From: Escherichia coli
GTDB lineage: Bacteria > Pseudomonadota > Gammaproteobacteria > Enterobacterales > Enterobacteriaceae
Length of the DNA stretch: 64,000 nt
Assembly: GCF_022846255.1 (NCBI RefSeq)
Contig: NZ_AP025682.1
Strand: one strand, 5' to 3'
Below are positions 31,412 to 42,400 of this stretch, in pieces. Position 1 is the stretch's first letter, and each line of letters opens with the position of its first letter. The notes below the pieces were generated by a model. That model made no database searches. It was not told the origin of the DNA and saw only the letters and a list, made by a program, of their open reading frames with translations. A program made the position numbers and the translations under genes.

Positions 31412-34400
31412 CAGGCGCTCTCCTTATCTTGTGCAAAGAACGCCCAGGCCACTTTGTAGTCGTCCTCGCGATCTGGCTTGATAAACGGAGCCTGCCAAGT
31501 GACGGTACGGCGCTCGCCTTCGTCGCTGCGGGTATAGTCATCAAAGGTGACGCTGACGGTACCGGTTTGCAGATGTTTGACATCATCCCAACCGATGGCT
31601 TGATCGGTGCAGTCACCGCCGGTCCACTCTGGGCTATCGACGTTAAAGACAAAGCCGTTTTTCAGGTCAGCTTTACGCGCGGTGCGAGGCAAGCCAACGC
31701 CCACCAGCCCTTTGCTTGGGGTAAAGATAATGCGACCGTTTTGATCGTACCAGGTATCCGCTTCGTACTGGCGCATCACCGGGAACTGTACACGGTAAAT
31801 GGTAAGCAGTTCTTCGAGGGTTAACCCCAGCGCCTGCGCCACCAGTACGTCGATTTCCACCAGCGCCTGACGGCGACTGTAGTCAGAGCGTAAGGCGCAG
31901 TTACGCTGCCACTCTGGGGTCAGATTGGTGAAGAAATCTTGTGGGAGCTGCGGGAGATCGCGGCTCCAGCGTTGGGTATTGAAGTCTGGGGTGTAGCAGG
32001 ATTGCCAAAGGCCAGCATATACATCATTTACAGAATTTAATGATAATACTAAGCAGTATAATAATGCCTTTTGTCTCGGATTGAATAATACGTATGAGAA
32101 ACAATCAAGCATCTGATGTAAGTTTGCCTTGCCAGTAGATTTACAAATAAAATCAAAAGGTAAAGAAAAACACATACCTGAATGTTCAAGTAACAGATTC
32201 TGTGAGCTATAGCAGTAAGAACGTACTGCGTTCATGTGACTTATTTCTGGCGGATAAATAGCACTAATTAGTGTACGTTCCCCCGATTGAGCCAACATGG
32301 CTCTGATAGCTAAGCGATAATAATCTGTTACCTTCTTCGGTTCATCTTCAGCCAGTTCAGTCCATGTAACGCATGGAGTACGTTTGGCATACTCCTGTGC
32401 ATCACATGCCGGAATATAGTTAGTGCGCGGCAGATAGTCATCAGGCAGAGTTAGCAAGTCGAGGTTATCGTATGCTTTATTCGTGTCGCAGATCTCTTTG
32501 GGTGTGTTATAGAAAGGATTGCCGACAAAGAAATGTGGACCAGATACAACCCATTGTGAAGGATTTTTTGGAAACTGTGTTTTTCGCAAAATTGTGCCGT
32601 CATTTTGTGCATTAACTTCATTCCAATGCTGGGTTGCATAATAGCTGTTTGTAAAATCATTTAATCTCTTAGGTTGACGAGCAAACTTCTCAAGCACCGC
32701 TACCAATTGTTTAGAATGTAATGCAGGAAGACGAGCTTGTAGGGCCGGCGTGTCGTCAGAATCATAGAGACGAGCAAATAGTCCTAATTTTATAAAATCA
32801 ATAGTCACAATTCGATCTAAATGTCCCTGAAAATTCCATTTAGCTTTGGCCTTTCCATCAATCTCAGCTTCTTCTTTAATGCCTGGAACGTTACCATCAC
32901 CTTTATGTTCGAAACATGCATCAATTGTTTGAGGAATAAACAAATTTACTATGTTCGAAAATACTGGCATTTGAGAAAATGGACCATAGATATTGATGCT
33001 GAATCTAGTGTGATTATCCACCTCAGCAAATAGTTTTATTTCATTCGCAAACTGAAAATGAGCCCTCAACCTCGGATAAACTGATGCACGCATCTGCCCA
33101 CCAGTAGGATCATCATAAATCCCTTCCGGGTGCAGGAGTCCTGTCACACCTCTTTCCGCCCCCAAACGCCACGCCTGCGGCAGGAAGCATTTATACAAAT
33201 TCGCTTTTTGACCTGCTAGTACCGGGTAGTTCTGCTGCGCATTGAGGAAGTTTTGCATCCCTTCACAGCCTTCATACTCGCTGCGCCAGGCCGCTTCCAG
33301 CGCCGGGATCTGGTTAAAGGTATCAATACGCAACGTGGCCAGCTTCGATGCACTCAGCTTACGCAGCACAAATTCCGGCTCGTAATCACCCAGCACGCCC
33401 GCTTCCTGCCATTCCACTTTCAGCCACGGCGGGTTTCCGAGCATCAGGTCAAAACCGCCGCGCTCGGCAAACAAGTCGCAGAACTCCAGATCCCAGTGGA
33501 AGAAACGGTACTGCTTTCTCAGGGCATCGACAATCGCCAGACGCGGCAAATGACGGAACAACACCTCGGTTTTCAGACGACCTGCGCCGGAAAACAGTGA
33601 AGACTCTTCTCGCAGCAGACCTTCTTCGGCAAACAGATCGCCGGTGGTGTGCTCCGCAACTTCAGTGACTTTTTCCGTGATTACAATCCCGTCGAGCAGG
33701 GTTTCAATCTCAAACAACCAGGTGCCGCGATCCGGTAGCTCATCGGCTTTGTCGATCGGCCAGAACCACAGCGCGCACCAGTAGTCCATTACCCAACGCA
33801 GCTTCTGGTAGGCACTGTTATCTTCAAGACGACCACTGAAGGTTTCATCTTTACTGCTCAGCGAAGAACGCGTCTGCTCGCTGTTTTCTGCCGGCCACAC
33901 CGGGTAGCTGTCGGCGGTTTTCAGACGTTCTGCTTTAAGTTGCTGGCGATAGGTGTTCCACAGAGCTTCCACCTTTTCGCTGATACGCTGCACATCAGCA
34001 ATCTCATGCCCGGCAAAGCTTTTAATAAACTCTTTGCGCCAGCTGTCCAGGGCTTTGAAGTCATCCGGATAACGCTGCTTAACAGTTTTATCGCTGTAGT
34101 TAGCCATACCGCCGTCGGGCAGCAGGAAGTGAAAAATCTGCGTCTCTTCACGCGGCGTGTTCATCGCCAGTTCAACCGGCTCGCTGTTAAGCCAGCTCGG
34201 ATCTTTGGCTTTTTTGTAGGTCAGTTCACTCTTGTTAAATACCTGACGGCGCGCGCCCACCAGCGAGTTACCGCAGTGCAGCTGGTAACCAAACCACGGT
34301 ACAAACGCATCGCCACTAATGGCGTTCAGCCACAGTGACACTTCCGCCAGTTCCACCGCCACCGGGTTTAAGTCCACGCCGAAAACGTTGTTGTCGGCAA

Positions 34401-36345
34401 TGTACATTTTCACCCGCTGTAACTCCTGGGTGTAACGATCCTGCGGAATACGGCGACCTTCCGCCTGCTGCTTATGGAACAGATACGCTTCCGCCAGCTG
34501 GTTGATGGCTTCGTTAAGGAACGCCGCGCTGCCCATCGCCGGTTCGCACACGGTGAGGTTTAAGATGGCATCAGCTTTGGCGTGCGGATCGGTAATCGGA
34601 TCAATTTGCTCTTTAAACAGCTCTTTCAGGGCATATTTAACCAAGGAGCGGGTCAGCACTTCCGGGGTGTAATAAGAGGCAGATTTCTCACGGTCGCGCC
34701 CGGCCATACGGTAGATAAAACTGCCTTTGCGGTGAATGCGCAGACTGCCGTCTTTCTCGTAGACCTTCTCGTCTTCGTGGTATTTGCCAATCTCATCCTT
34801 ACTGACGAAGTAACCCGTCTCCAGCTCGTTAAACTCTTCCCCGGCTTTCTTCACCTCGTAGAGATCTTCACTGGCGAAGAATCCGCGATAGGAAAGCAGC
34901 GCCTCATACACCGCACCTAACTGGTTGATACCCAACTGGCGATAAGAAATACGTCCGCGGCGGTTAAAGCGCCCTTTGCCCGGGCGGCTTAACGACATCG
35001 CCTGGATAATCTGTTGCAGGGTTTCGTTACGGAATACCACGCGGTTAAGAATGCGGGTGTTGTTGGCATCGAAAAGATGACTTTCCAGACGCGGGACGCT
35101 GAACTGATGACTATGGATGGTGATCCGGTCGCCGCTCTCCAGGTCACTCTGTATTTTCACGCCGCCGTTGTAGCCTTCGCGCACCAGTTTAAACAGCATA
35201 TTCAGACTGTCGTGGAAGTAGCGCCCGTTGCGATCTTCTTCGCTGGTCAGCGGGATCATCTCCAGATCGCGCAACGTTTCCAGGCTGTAACCTTGCAGAT
35301 AGGTTTTGGCGGTCATTGGCGCATAACCCAGCTCCGGGCGCGCTTCAATGTAGAACAGGAACAGCAGGCGGTACATGTAACGCAGACATTCGCGGCTCAG
35401 TTCATCCGGGTCCACCGCACGGTTACCGGTATAGTTTGCCAGGCCACGGTCGATCAGATAATGCATCGCTTCGTTGCCCAACAACTCTATGCTTTCGCGC
35501 AGGGCATATTTCAGATCTTCCGAAACACCAAACGCATGTTTGTGCGAATTGTCATCCAGCGAGTCAAGATATGGTGCCCCACTGCCCGGCAGCAGCGAAT
35601 CTTTATGTAGCAACACTGCCGTCGCTTTCAGCGTATCCGTTTCACGACGACTTAAAATCTCTTCAAAATCAAAACGTAGCAGACGGTTTTGCGCCCACTT
35701 AGTACGGTCCAACAACAATAGCTGACGGTTACCGAGCAGCAGCACAAAACGCGGCGGTTCATTTTGGGTGAAGACCGCCGTAGAGAGCAGATCCTGCCAG
35801 CTGCGATATTCACCGTTGGCTTTTTTGCGCAGGCTGTCGCGCTTATGTTTGTCGGTATCCGCCGGGAATTGCGCGGTCAGTAAGGAGAGCGCCAGCGGAT
35901 CCAGCGTTCCTTCTTCCTGATCGTGTGCTTCAACAATCCACAGCCACGGGCTACCGTCAGTGCTGTTGTAACGCGCCAGTACCGGCAGTGGTGTATCGTC
36001 ATCCAGCATTTGGATCTGCGGCGTAATTTCGTAGCCCAGCGCCTTTAACAATGGCTGCCAGCGATTACGTTGATCGGCCAGACGCTGCGGGATCTGACGC
36101 TGTTTTTCGTGCTCGGCAAGTTTGCGGAAAAACTCAGTCGCCAGACTGTTAAACTGGTTCCACGGAGCGCGGTATCCCGGCTCTACGTCTTTGCCCTGTT
36201 CACGAGCGGCACGCTCCGCTTCACGCGCGGCATTTTCCTGGGCTATCCAGGGTTCCAGCACATCGCGGATATCACTGGTGAAAACCTCACCCAAATAATG
36301 GTTAGAGTAAAATTCATTTTCGTTATTAATACCGACCAGCGCCAT
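31411..36345 (-). CDS. Large gamma-class N6-adenine (or N4-cytosine) DNA methyltransferase-like protein, 1644 aa (DrmMI/PglX-like)
   Basis: SAM-binding motif I CEPAMGSAAFLNEA followed by catalytic motif IV GNPPW; long N- and C-terminal extensions; start 2 nt after the SNF2 gene stop with a GGAGGG RBS inside the SNF2 3' end. Confidence 0.8.
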   Translation of the reverse strand: MALVGINNENEFYSNHYLGEVFTSDIRDVLEPWIAQENAAREAERAAREQGKDVEPGYRAPWNQFNSLATEFFRKLAEHEKQRQIPQRLADQRNRWQPLLKALGYEITPQIQMLDDDTPLPVLARYNSTDGSPWLWIVEAHDQEEGTLDPLALSLLTAQFPADTDKHKRDSLRKKANGEYRSWQDLLSTAVFTQNEPPRFVLLLGNRQLLLLDRTKWAQNRLLRFDFEEILSRRETDTLKATAVLLHKDSLLPGSGAPYLDSLDDNSHKHAFGVSEDLKYALRESIELLGNEAMHYLIDRGLANYTGNRAVDPDELSRECLRYMYRLLFLFYIEARPELGYAPMTAKTYLQGYSLETLRDLEMIPLTSEEDRNGRYFHDSLNMLFKLVREGYNGGVKIQSDLESGDRITIHSHQFSVPRLESHLFDANNTRILNRVVFRNETLQQIIQAMSLSRPGKGRFNRRGRISYRQLGINQLGAVYEALLSYRGFFASEDLYEVKKAGEEFNELETGYFVSKDEIGKYHEDEKVYEKDGSLRIHRKGSFIYRMAGRDREKSASYYTPEVLTRSLVKYALKELFKEQIDPITDPHAKADAILNLTVCEPAMGSAAFLNEAINQLAEAYLFHKQQAEGRRIPQDRYTQELQRVKMYIADNNVFGVDLNPVAVELAEVSLWLNAISGDAFVPWFGYQLHCGNSLVGARRQVFNKSELTYKKAKDPSWLNSEPVELAMNTPREETQIFHFLLPDGGMANYSDKTVKQRYPDDFKALDSWRKEFIKSFAGHEIADVQRISEKVEALWNTYRQQLKAERLKTADSYPVWPAENSEQTRSSLSSKDETFSGRLEDNSAYQKLRWVMDYWCALWFWPIDKADELPDRGTWLFEIETLLDGIVITEKVTEVAEHTTGDLFAEEGLLREESSLFSGAGRLKTEVLFRHLPRLAIVDALRKQYRFFHWDLEFCDLFAERGGFDLMLGNPPWLKVEWQEAGVLGDYEPEFVLRKLSASKLATLRIDTFNQIPALEAAWRSEYEGCEGMQNFLNAQQNYPVLAGQKANLYKCFLPQAWRLGAERGVTGLLHPEGIYDDPTGGQMRASVYPRLRAHFQFANEIKLFAEVDNHTRFSINIYGPFSQMPVFSNIVNLFIPQTIDACFEHKGDGNVPGIKEEAEIDGKAKAKWNFQGHLDRIVTIDFIKLGLFARLYDSDDTPALQARLPALHSKQLVAVLEKFARQPKRLNDFTNSYYATQHWNEVNAQNDGTILRKTQFPKNPSQWVVSGPHFFVGNPFYNTPKEICDTNKAYDNLDLLTLPDDYLPRTNYIPACDAQEYAKRTPCVTWTELAEDEPKKVTDYYRLAIRAMLAQSGERTLISAIYPPEISHMNAVRSYCYSSQNLLLEHSGMCFSLPFDFICKSTGKANLHQMLDCFSYVLFNPRQKALLYCLVLSLNSVNDVYAGLWQSCYTPDFNTQRWSRDLPQLPQDFFTNLTPEWQRNCALRSDYSRRQALVEIDVLVAQALGLTLEELLTIYRVQFPVMRQYEADTWYDQNGRIIFTPSKGLVGVGLPRTARKADLKNGFVFNVDSPEWTGGDCTDQAIGWDDVKHLQTGTVSVTFDDYTRSDEGERRTVTWQAPFIKPDREDDYKVAWAFFAQDKESA

Positions 36346-36347
36346 GA

Positions 36348-39206
36348 TTAACCCTCCGCTCCGGTGATAACAGCAATTACCTGAATGTAGGGTTCTTTTT
36401 CAGTCGTCATGGTGTCCTCAATCCATTCAATATAGCTGTCAAAATTGTGTTCTATTTCGCGTTGTCTCTGCTCTTTACGGCTCTGCTTAACTGACAATTG
36501 CTGTTTGTTATCGGCAAAATCCAGCTCAAGTTGGCTCAACTGCCGCCCACGCAAAACGTCCAGCTTTTGCAGATGCTCATTCAGTTGCTGGTTAATGTGC
36601 GTTTCAAACGCATTCCGATCATGGATGAATACCTCCCGGGCATGAGCAATAGCCGCTTCCAGTAAATCCTGCTGGCGCTGGTGATTACGATCTTTACCGC
36701 CGCTGTTAGTCAGCTTGTTACTCAACTGCGGATGACGTTGTAAAAACTCAGCAAATGGCTGACTGCCGATTAGCGATTCACGGTTAAAGCTCACCACTAT
36801 CCACGGGTTAACCATCGGATGTGATTTACGGTTCGGGAATAACCCGGAAAGAATGAAGTGATCTTCATCGGGTTCAAGCAAGTATGGCAGACGGATAACC
36901 GGTGCCTGATGACGACCAAAAGCCGAAGAGATTTTATCGTCCAGCCACTGCACTACCGGGTTGATTTGCCAGAGATACTGCACATCGGGCCAGGCATGTT
37001 GCTCACCGCGAGCGCGTGCAATCGCGTCGGTGATGACGGTTTTATCCTGACTTAAATAGAGCTGCCAGTTCTCCGGCGCGATTTCAGGCGGTAGCTGGTT
37101 GAAGCGGCGGCGTAACTCCTCCGGTGCCACCAGCGACAAGGTATTATCAGGCAAGGTTTCATACTGGATAGTTTGACCACTGGCTTTCAGGTAACCCAAT
37201 GCTCTTTCACAGTACGCCTGTTCGCTGGCAAACAAGCTGGTGTCTGTTTCGGTAACCATTGAGGCATCGCTGGAAACCGCACTGCATATTTCGCCAAACA
37301 GATCATGTTCGGCGCTTTCCGAGACGTTGCTGTTCAGCAGTTGATCAAACAGGCTGGCACCATCATCCTGCATCATGAACTCTGCAACCTGCTCTTCTTC
37401 CTCTTCCTGGGTAAATTTGCCGGTAAACTCCGAACTGTCCCCAATGTTCTTCTGCGCCTGTTCGTCTTTGTTGATCAACACTTCCAGTACGCGCATATCG
37501 CCATTGATCTGTGGTTCGCTGGCCTCGGTAAGCAGATAGCGGATTTGAGGCTGATGTTTTTGCCCATAGCGGTCAATACGCCCGTTACGTTGCTGGAATA
37601 CCATCAACGACCACGGAATATCAAAGTGAATCATTTTGTGGCTAAGGTGATGCAAGTTGATCCCTTCAGATGCCACATCCGAACAAACCAGAAGACGCAA
37701 CGGAGACTGCGTTTTACCAAAGGCTTCTACGGTTTCCATCAACACCGTATCGCCCTGATCGCCGCGCAGCGTGGCGATCTGGTCATCTTTCAATTTCAGA
37801 TCCGCTCGCAGTTGCTGTTCGAGGAACTCCAGCGTTTTAATGCTTTCGGTGAAGATCACCAGGCGATCTTCCGTGTTATTGGCTTTCCAGGCGAGGTCTT
37901 TTCGGATGGTGTCGAGCAGCAACTGGTATTTGCTAAACTGGCTGGCATCAATGTTATTCAGCGCCAACAGCAATGACTCCAGTTCGTTGATCTGGCTCTG
38001 GCTATTATGATCTTTACGGCTCTCAAGACGCTTCAGACGATTCGCCACTACGCTGGCACACGCCATCGGGCTGGAAAATAGCGCTTTTTCGAGGGTTATC
38101 TTGAACAGACGACCTTTGTTAGACTGGGCCTGTTCATCGTCATCATCACGGAACTGACTCTCAACCAGGCGACGGTATGCTTCTTCTTCGGCACCGGATG
38201 CCAGGCGAGTCAGTTTGACAATATTGCGCTCGGGGAACTCGCCAGACATCTGATCTTTCACGTCTTTTTTGAAGCGACGGACAACCAGATTTTTATCGGC
38301 AAAGTCGGCGTATTCATACTCTTTCGGGTTGGCGATCGCCGTCGGGTCAAGCATGTTCATCAGGCTGGCAAAACTTTCAGCTTTACCATCATGCGGCGTT
38401 GCTGAAAGCATAATCAGCGTATCGCTGCGCCCGGCGAGCAGCTTTGCCAGTTTACTGCGTAACGAACTGGTTCCACGTTCTGCGACGTTATGGGCCTCAT
38501 CAATGACAATAATATCCCACCAGGCATTTTCCAGATGGTGACGATATTCAATGTCTTGTTTCAGCGTATCGATGGAGATAATGGTCTTGTCAAAATAGTG
38601 AAACGGGTTGTGGTTGGTAGGGATGCGGTTACGCACCTTTTGTAAACCAGCAGAATCCAGGCGGGTCAATGGGATCGCAAAACGGCTCCAGAACTCCTTC
38701 TGGAATTGTGTCAGCATCGATTTAACCGCCAGAACCAGAATACGTTTTCCGCGCCCACGACGGATCAGTTCCGAAACCAGAATACCGGCTTCCAGCGTTT
38801 TACCCAGACCGACAGCGTCGGCAATGAGTATCCGCTGGCGCGGCTGTGCCAGCGCCATCCGCGTAGGGTCGAGCTGAAACGGCATGGAATCCATCGCCGC
38901 CAGATGACCAAAATGGACTTTACTGTCTGTCGGTACGCGTTGGCGTAACTGACTTTCGATATACAACTGCGCCGCCTGATAATTGGCGGATTCATCTTCC
39001 ACCAAATGCGTTTTTGCGGGATCCAGGATCTCTACTTTTTGTTCCAGTTTGGTCAGAAATAACCCTTCTTTACCGCGCACAAGCTCTGAAATACCATCGC
39101 AGGTCAGCAAATACCCACCATCACCACTGTCATCCGCCCGGCGAATACGCCATTCGGCATCACGAATAACCACCCGCATACCAGGTGCATAATTTTGCTT
39201 ATTCAT
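36348..39206 (-). CDS. SNF2-family helicase/ATPase (DrmD-like), 952 aa
   Basis: SNF2 motifs: DAVGLGKTLEA (motif I), IVIDEAHNV (DEAH box), LSATP, QQRNGRIDRYGQ (motif VI); first gene of a four-gene co-directional cluster. Confidence 0.85.
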   Translation of the reverse strand: MNKQNYAPGMRVVIRDAEWRIRRADDSGDGGYLLTCDGISELVRGKEGLFLTKLEQKVEILDPAKTHLVEDESANYQAAQLYIESQLRQRVPTDSKVHFGHLAAMDSMPFQLDPTRMALAQPRQRILIADAVGLGKTLEAGILVSELIRRGRGKRILVLAVKSMLTQFQKEFWSRFAIPLTRLDSAGLQKVRNRIPTNHNPFHYFDKTIISIDTLKQDIEYRHHLENAWWDIIVIDEAHNVAERGTSSLRSKLAKLLAGRSDTLIMLSATPHDGKAESFASLMNMLDPTAIANPKEYEYADFADKNLVVRRFKKDVKDQMSGEFPERNIVKLTRLASGAEEEAYRRLVESQFRDDDDEQAQSNKGRLFKITLEKALFSSPMACASVVANRLKRLESRKDHNSQSQINELESLLLALNNIDASQFSKYQLLLDTIRKDLAWKANNTEDRLVIFTESIKTLEFLEQQLRADLKLKDDQIATLRGDQGDTVLMETVEAFGKTQSPLRLLVCSDVASEGINLHHLSHKMIHFDIPWSLMVFQQRNGRIDRYGQKHQPQIRYLLTEASEPQINGDMRVLEVLINKDEQAQKNIGDSSEFTGKFTQEEEEEQVAEFMMQDDGASLFDQLLNSNVSESAEHDLFGEICSAVSSDASMVTETDTSLFASEQAYCERALGYLKASGQTIQYETLPDNTLSLVAPEELRRRFNQLPPEIAPENWQLYLSQDKTVITDAIARARGEQHAWPDVQYLWQINPVVQWLDDKISSAFGRHQAPVIRLPYLLEPDEDHFILSGLFPNRKSHPMVNPWIVVSFNRESLIGSQPFAEFLQRHPQLSNKLTNSGGKDRNHQRQQDLLEAAIAHAREVFIHDRNAFETHINQQLNEHLQKLDVLRGRQLSQLELDFADNKQQLSVKQSRKEQRQREIEHNFDSYIEWIEDTMTTEKEPYIQVIAVITGAEG

Positions 39207-39364
39207 CGGTTTTTCTGTCTATTTGGGGCAGTGGCGGTAACGTCATCCTGAAAAATGTGGCGCGGCACACTGCGATAAAAAAGAGGGCCTTAAAGATATC
39301 ATGAAGGCCCCCGGCAAAGTGACAAAATGGGAGGGAATGCGCATAATTTGCGCATGATTTTCAA

Positions 39365-39421
39365 ACAAAAATTATTAAAAAGTGAGCTGGGTCAACTCCC
39401 CTGGAAGATATCCCCAGGGGA
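39365..39421 (-). terminator. Rho-independent terminator downstream of druE
   Basis: tcccctgg-aagatat-ccagggga stem-loop (39397-39421) followed on the minus strand by a T-rich tract (plus-strand A-run 39366-39380). Confidence 0.5.
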
Positions 39422-39429
39422 GCAATTAT

Positions 39430-42400
39430 TTATCCAGCGATAATATAACTCCTAAGGTCATTACCCGGGGCAACAGCTCGCGCTCGCGTGTTTGCCAGCA
39501 GTTCAACTTGCTGCGGTACTCGCAGGGAAAAATCAAAGAAGGTATCTTCAATACAGCGCCAGTAGCTAAGCCCCATGTCGAGCAGGACATAATGCTGACT
39601 GCCATCGCTGAAGGTGACTGTCAGTTCTCGTCCATGCTCCGTACTCTGGTTATCCCCCGTTAACCAGCTAATTGCTCCCGGCCACGCTGGCCCCAGATAT
39701 CCTTCTTCAAGTAAAGTGGTCACAACCTGCTGACGATCTTCCTCATTAAGCCACGCGTTATAGAGAGCGTCGTGTTGGCGAGAGTTGTAATCCAATTTTT
39801 TGACGCAAACAGTGAGGCTGGCGCGTTCCGCCATTCCCTGTCCAACCAGCTCGGTTAAGATTTCACCTAACAAACGCGCCGTGAATGGGCTATTAAGATA
39901 ACGATCGCTGTACTCAACATGCGTTATCTCTTTGTGGCGGGTAAATGCCTGCTTCCAGCCAGCGTGCTGTTGCGTGACTAACGACCAGAAACGCGAACCA
40001 AAACCTTCCAGCGGCCCGTCCAGTTGCTCGCAGAGGTTGATGCGCACCGCCCCGGTGGGTAAGGCGGGCAGTAAATCTTCTGCACTTAAGGTCTGACCCG
40101 AGAAGGTTTTTCCGGACGTTCCTTTAAGTGTCACTACTGGTGAGGACGCACTTTGTCCCCATAATTCACCAGGTGCAACGGTAGCGCTGTCGTCTGCGGC
40201 CCACTGTTGGCTTTGCCCTTCGCGAGTCACCTGCGCAAGCCAGCGTCCCTTTCCTTGCATGAGTTGCGCAGTGGCAATGGATTTCACTTGTAAGCGTCCT
40301 CCCGGCATCGCCGCCAACGCGGAAAGCTGATGTCTGGAGCTATCTGTTAAGTTTGCCAACGGCGTGGCCACCAGCAACTCAACATGCCCACCGGAGGAGG
40401 CAAACTGGAGCAACTCTTTAAATAATGGCCATTGGGCAAAATCCCACTGTTCCTGCGGCCCCGCAAGAACCAGCGAGCAGGAGTCATAAATCTCGCTGTT
40501 CAGGCATTGCGCAATACGTAAACTCAGCGGGTTAGTTTCAACCCGGCTACCATCGCCGAAGTACTGATATTCTGGCGCGAGGTTAAGTCGCTGCAACCGT
40601 ACATTGGTAAGCAGGGTTAATGCATGGTGACGATCTAATCTGTTGACATAATGCTGACTGTCGTAGCTGAGCAAGCAGTGGTGACAGAATTTATCGCAAC
40701 TGCAATCGAGCAATTTTCTGGCGTAATTAAAGACATCAGCCCAATGGTCGATCAATTGCACTGCATAACCTGCACCACCCGCATTATTGTCGTAAATGAA
40801 GATGGAATATCCGGTATAGCCATTGATATCGCGCGCTTGCTGCGTCGTCACGCCCAGCTCAGTATTTTCGATACCCAATTTATGCGCTAACCCTTCACGC
40901 AAAGCGACCGCAAGGGATCGCGCGGCAACCTCATCACGGATCAACAGGCCATTATCATCATTGAGTTGCAGCTCAACCATATCTGTACGACTGCTATACC
41001 CCAACCAAAGATCTTTATGCACATGACCGTGGCACAATTTATTGCTCCCCTGACGATCGTTACTGCCCCCTCGCAACAGGTAATGCGTATTTTCCCTCTC
41101 TGGGTTCTTAAGATTTTCAGGGGTACGCTGGGGTTGATTTTGAGATTCTGCCCGACCACATGAGAGGCAAATTGCGTAGCCGTGCCCAAATTCCCCTTCA
41201 CTGAAGTGGAACAATTCCCCACTATGGCTAAAACGGTAACGTCCTAACCCAGCATCGGGTAAAGAAACCCACACCGAAGACGGTACAAGAACACGTGGAT
41301 CTTTCCAGGGAAGTTGTGCAGGCATGGATACATCATTATGCGCCTGATAACGGATATCTGTCGCAAAACCAACAGGCTGTAAATAACGCTTCACATCAAG
41401 TTGCTGTATATCCGCTTTGCAGTGACTACATTCGACAGGACGGGTAGTACTGGTTGCCCCCGCACCACATTTACGACAATGCCAGAACCACGGAATATGA
41501 TGATCGCCTGACAGCTCCTGCCCGCTGGCAAGTACCTTGCCAAGCATAATGCCCGAGGAACGATATACTTTTCCGCCCAATACCACATCTGCACCTGGAG
41601 CATACTCGCGTAATGCTGTAGGCAAATCACGGCTGGGCAATTTTTCAATACGACGAGAAAAGCTTTCTCCCCCTTCATTAGGGTCAGCCTGAGTAGCTTT
41701 TATTGCGCGACGTTTTTCCAGCTCATCTGCCGTCAGATAATTGAAATTGACGACGCCAACCGGGAAACCATGCCCCGGCAGGAACGCTTCACTAATGAGT
41801 TTAGAAAACAGATATGCACCGCGATAATCACGAAGCTGATAAGCGATGGCTTTACCTGCTGGCGTTTCTTCCCACGCGCTGTTATCCGCCTTCAACGCTT
41901 CGATATTTTCCAACAGTATCGCAAGTTGGCTTCTCCAGCGGATATCAACCTGCTGCATCATTGCTTGTGTGCGGGTCAAGAGCTGGGTTGCCGTCAATGA
42001 CATCAGGACGGTTCCCTGAGTAAGGCGTTTAAGTTTATCCGCCAGCTGATCGGCCTGGTTATTTAACCAATGGAGAAAACGAAGACACTGGCTCTCATCA
42101 CCTTCAAAGAACCATTTGCAACTCAGTTTTGTCGCATCAGGAACTTCAGCTCGTAAAAACAGACCTAAAACCAGGGCATTAACATGTCGTTGAACAATAC
42201 TGCTGCTCCCAAAACGAACCCGTGGCGCACTGGCAGTAGTGTTGAACGCCCAGAGGGGGGCTTTGAATACCTCCATTCCATGCGCCGTGTTTTTACATAA
42301 CGTAATGGCAGCAGATGCACTCTCTCCACGTCGACCCGCGCGGCCTGCACGCTGCAAATAATTTGCCGGAGCTGGAGGAACGTTGTTCATTGCCACCAAA

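Noticed and set aside
31411-36345. BREX (PglX) interpretation of the large methyltransferase
   Set aside because: No PglZ, BrxC/PglY or BrxL-like genes nearby; flanking genes are SNF2 and DUF1998 helicases, which fits DISARM-like context better.
35014-37976. Several 100-220-aa plus-strand ORFs antisense to the methyltransferase and SNF2 genes
   Set aside because: Nested within long, motif-supported minus-strand genes; typical shadow ORFs.
22959-39206. Druantia type II interpretation of the four-gene operon
   Set aside because: As I recall, Druantia II carries a C5-cytosine methylase (DruM) and no SNF2 or UvrD helicase; here the methyltransferase has an NPPW (amino-methyltransferase) motif.
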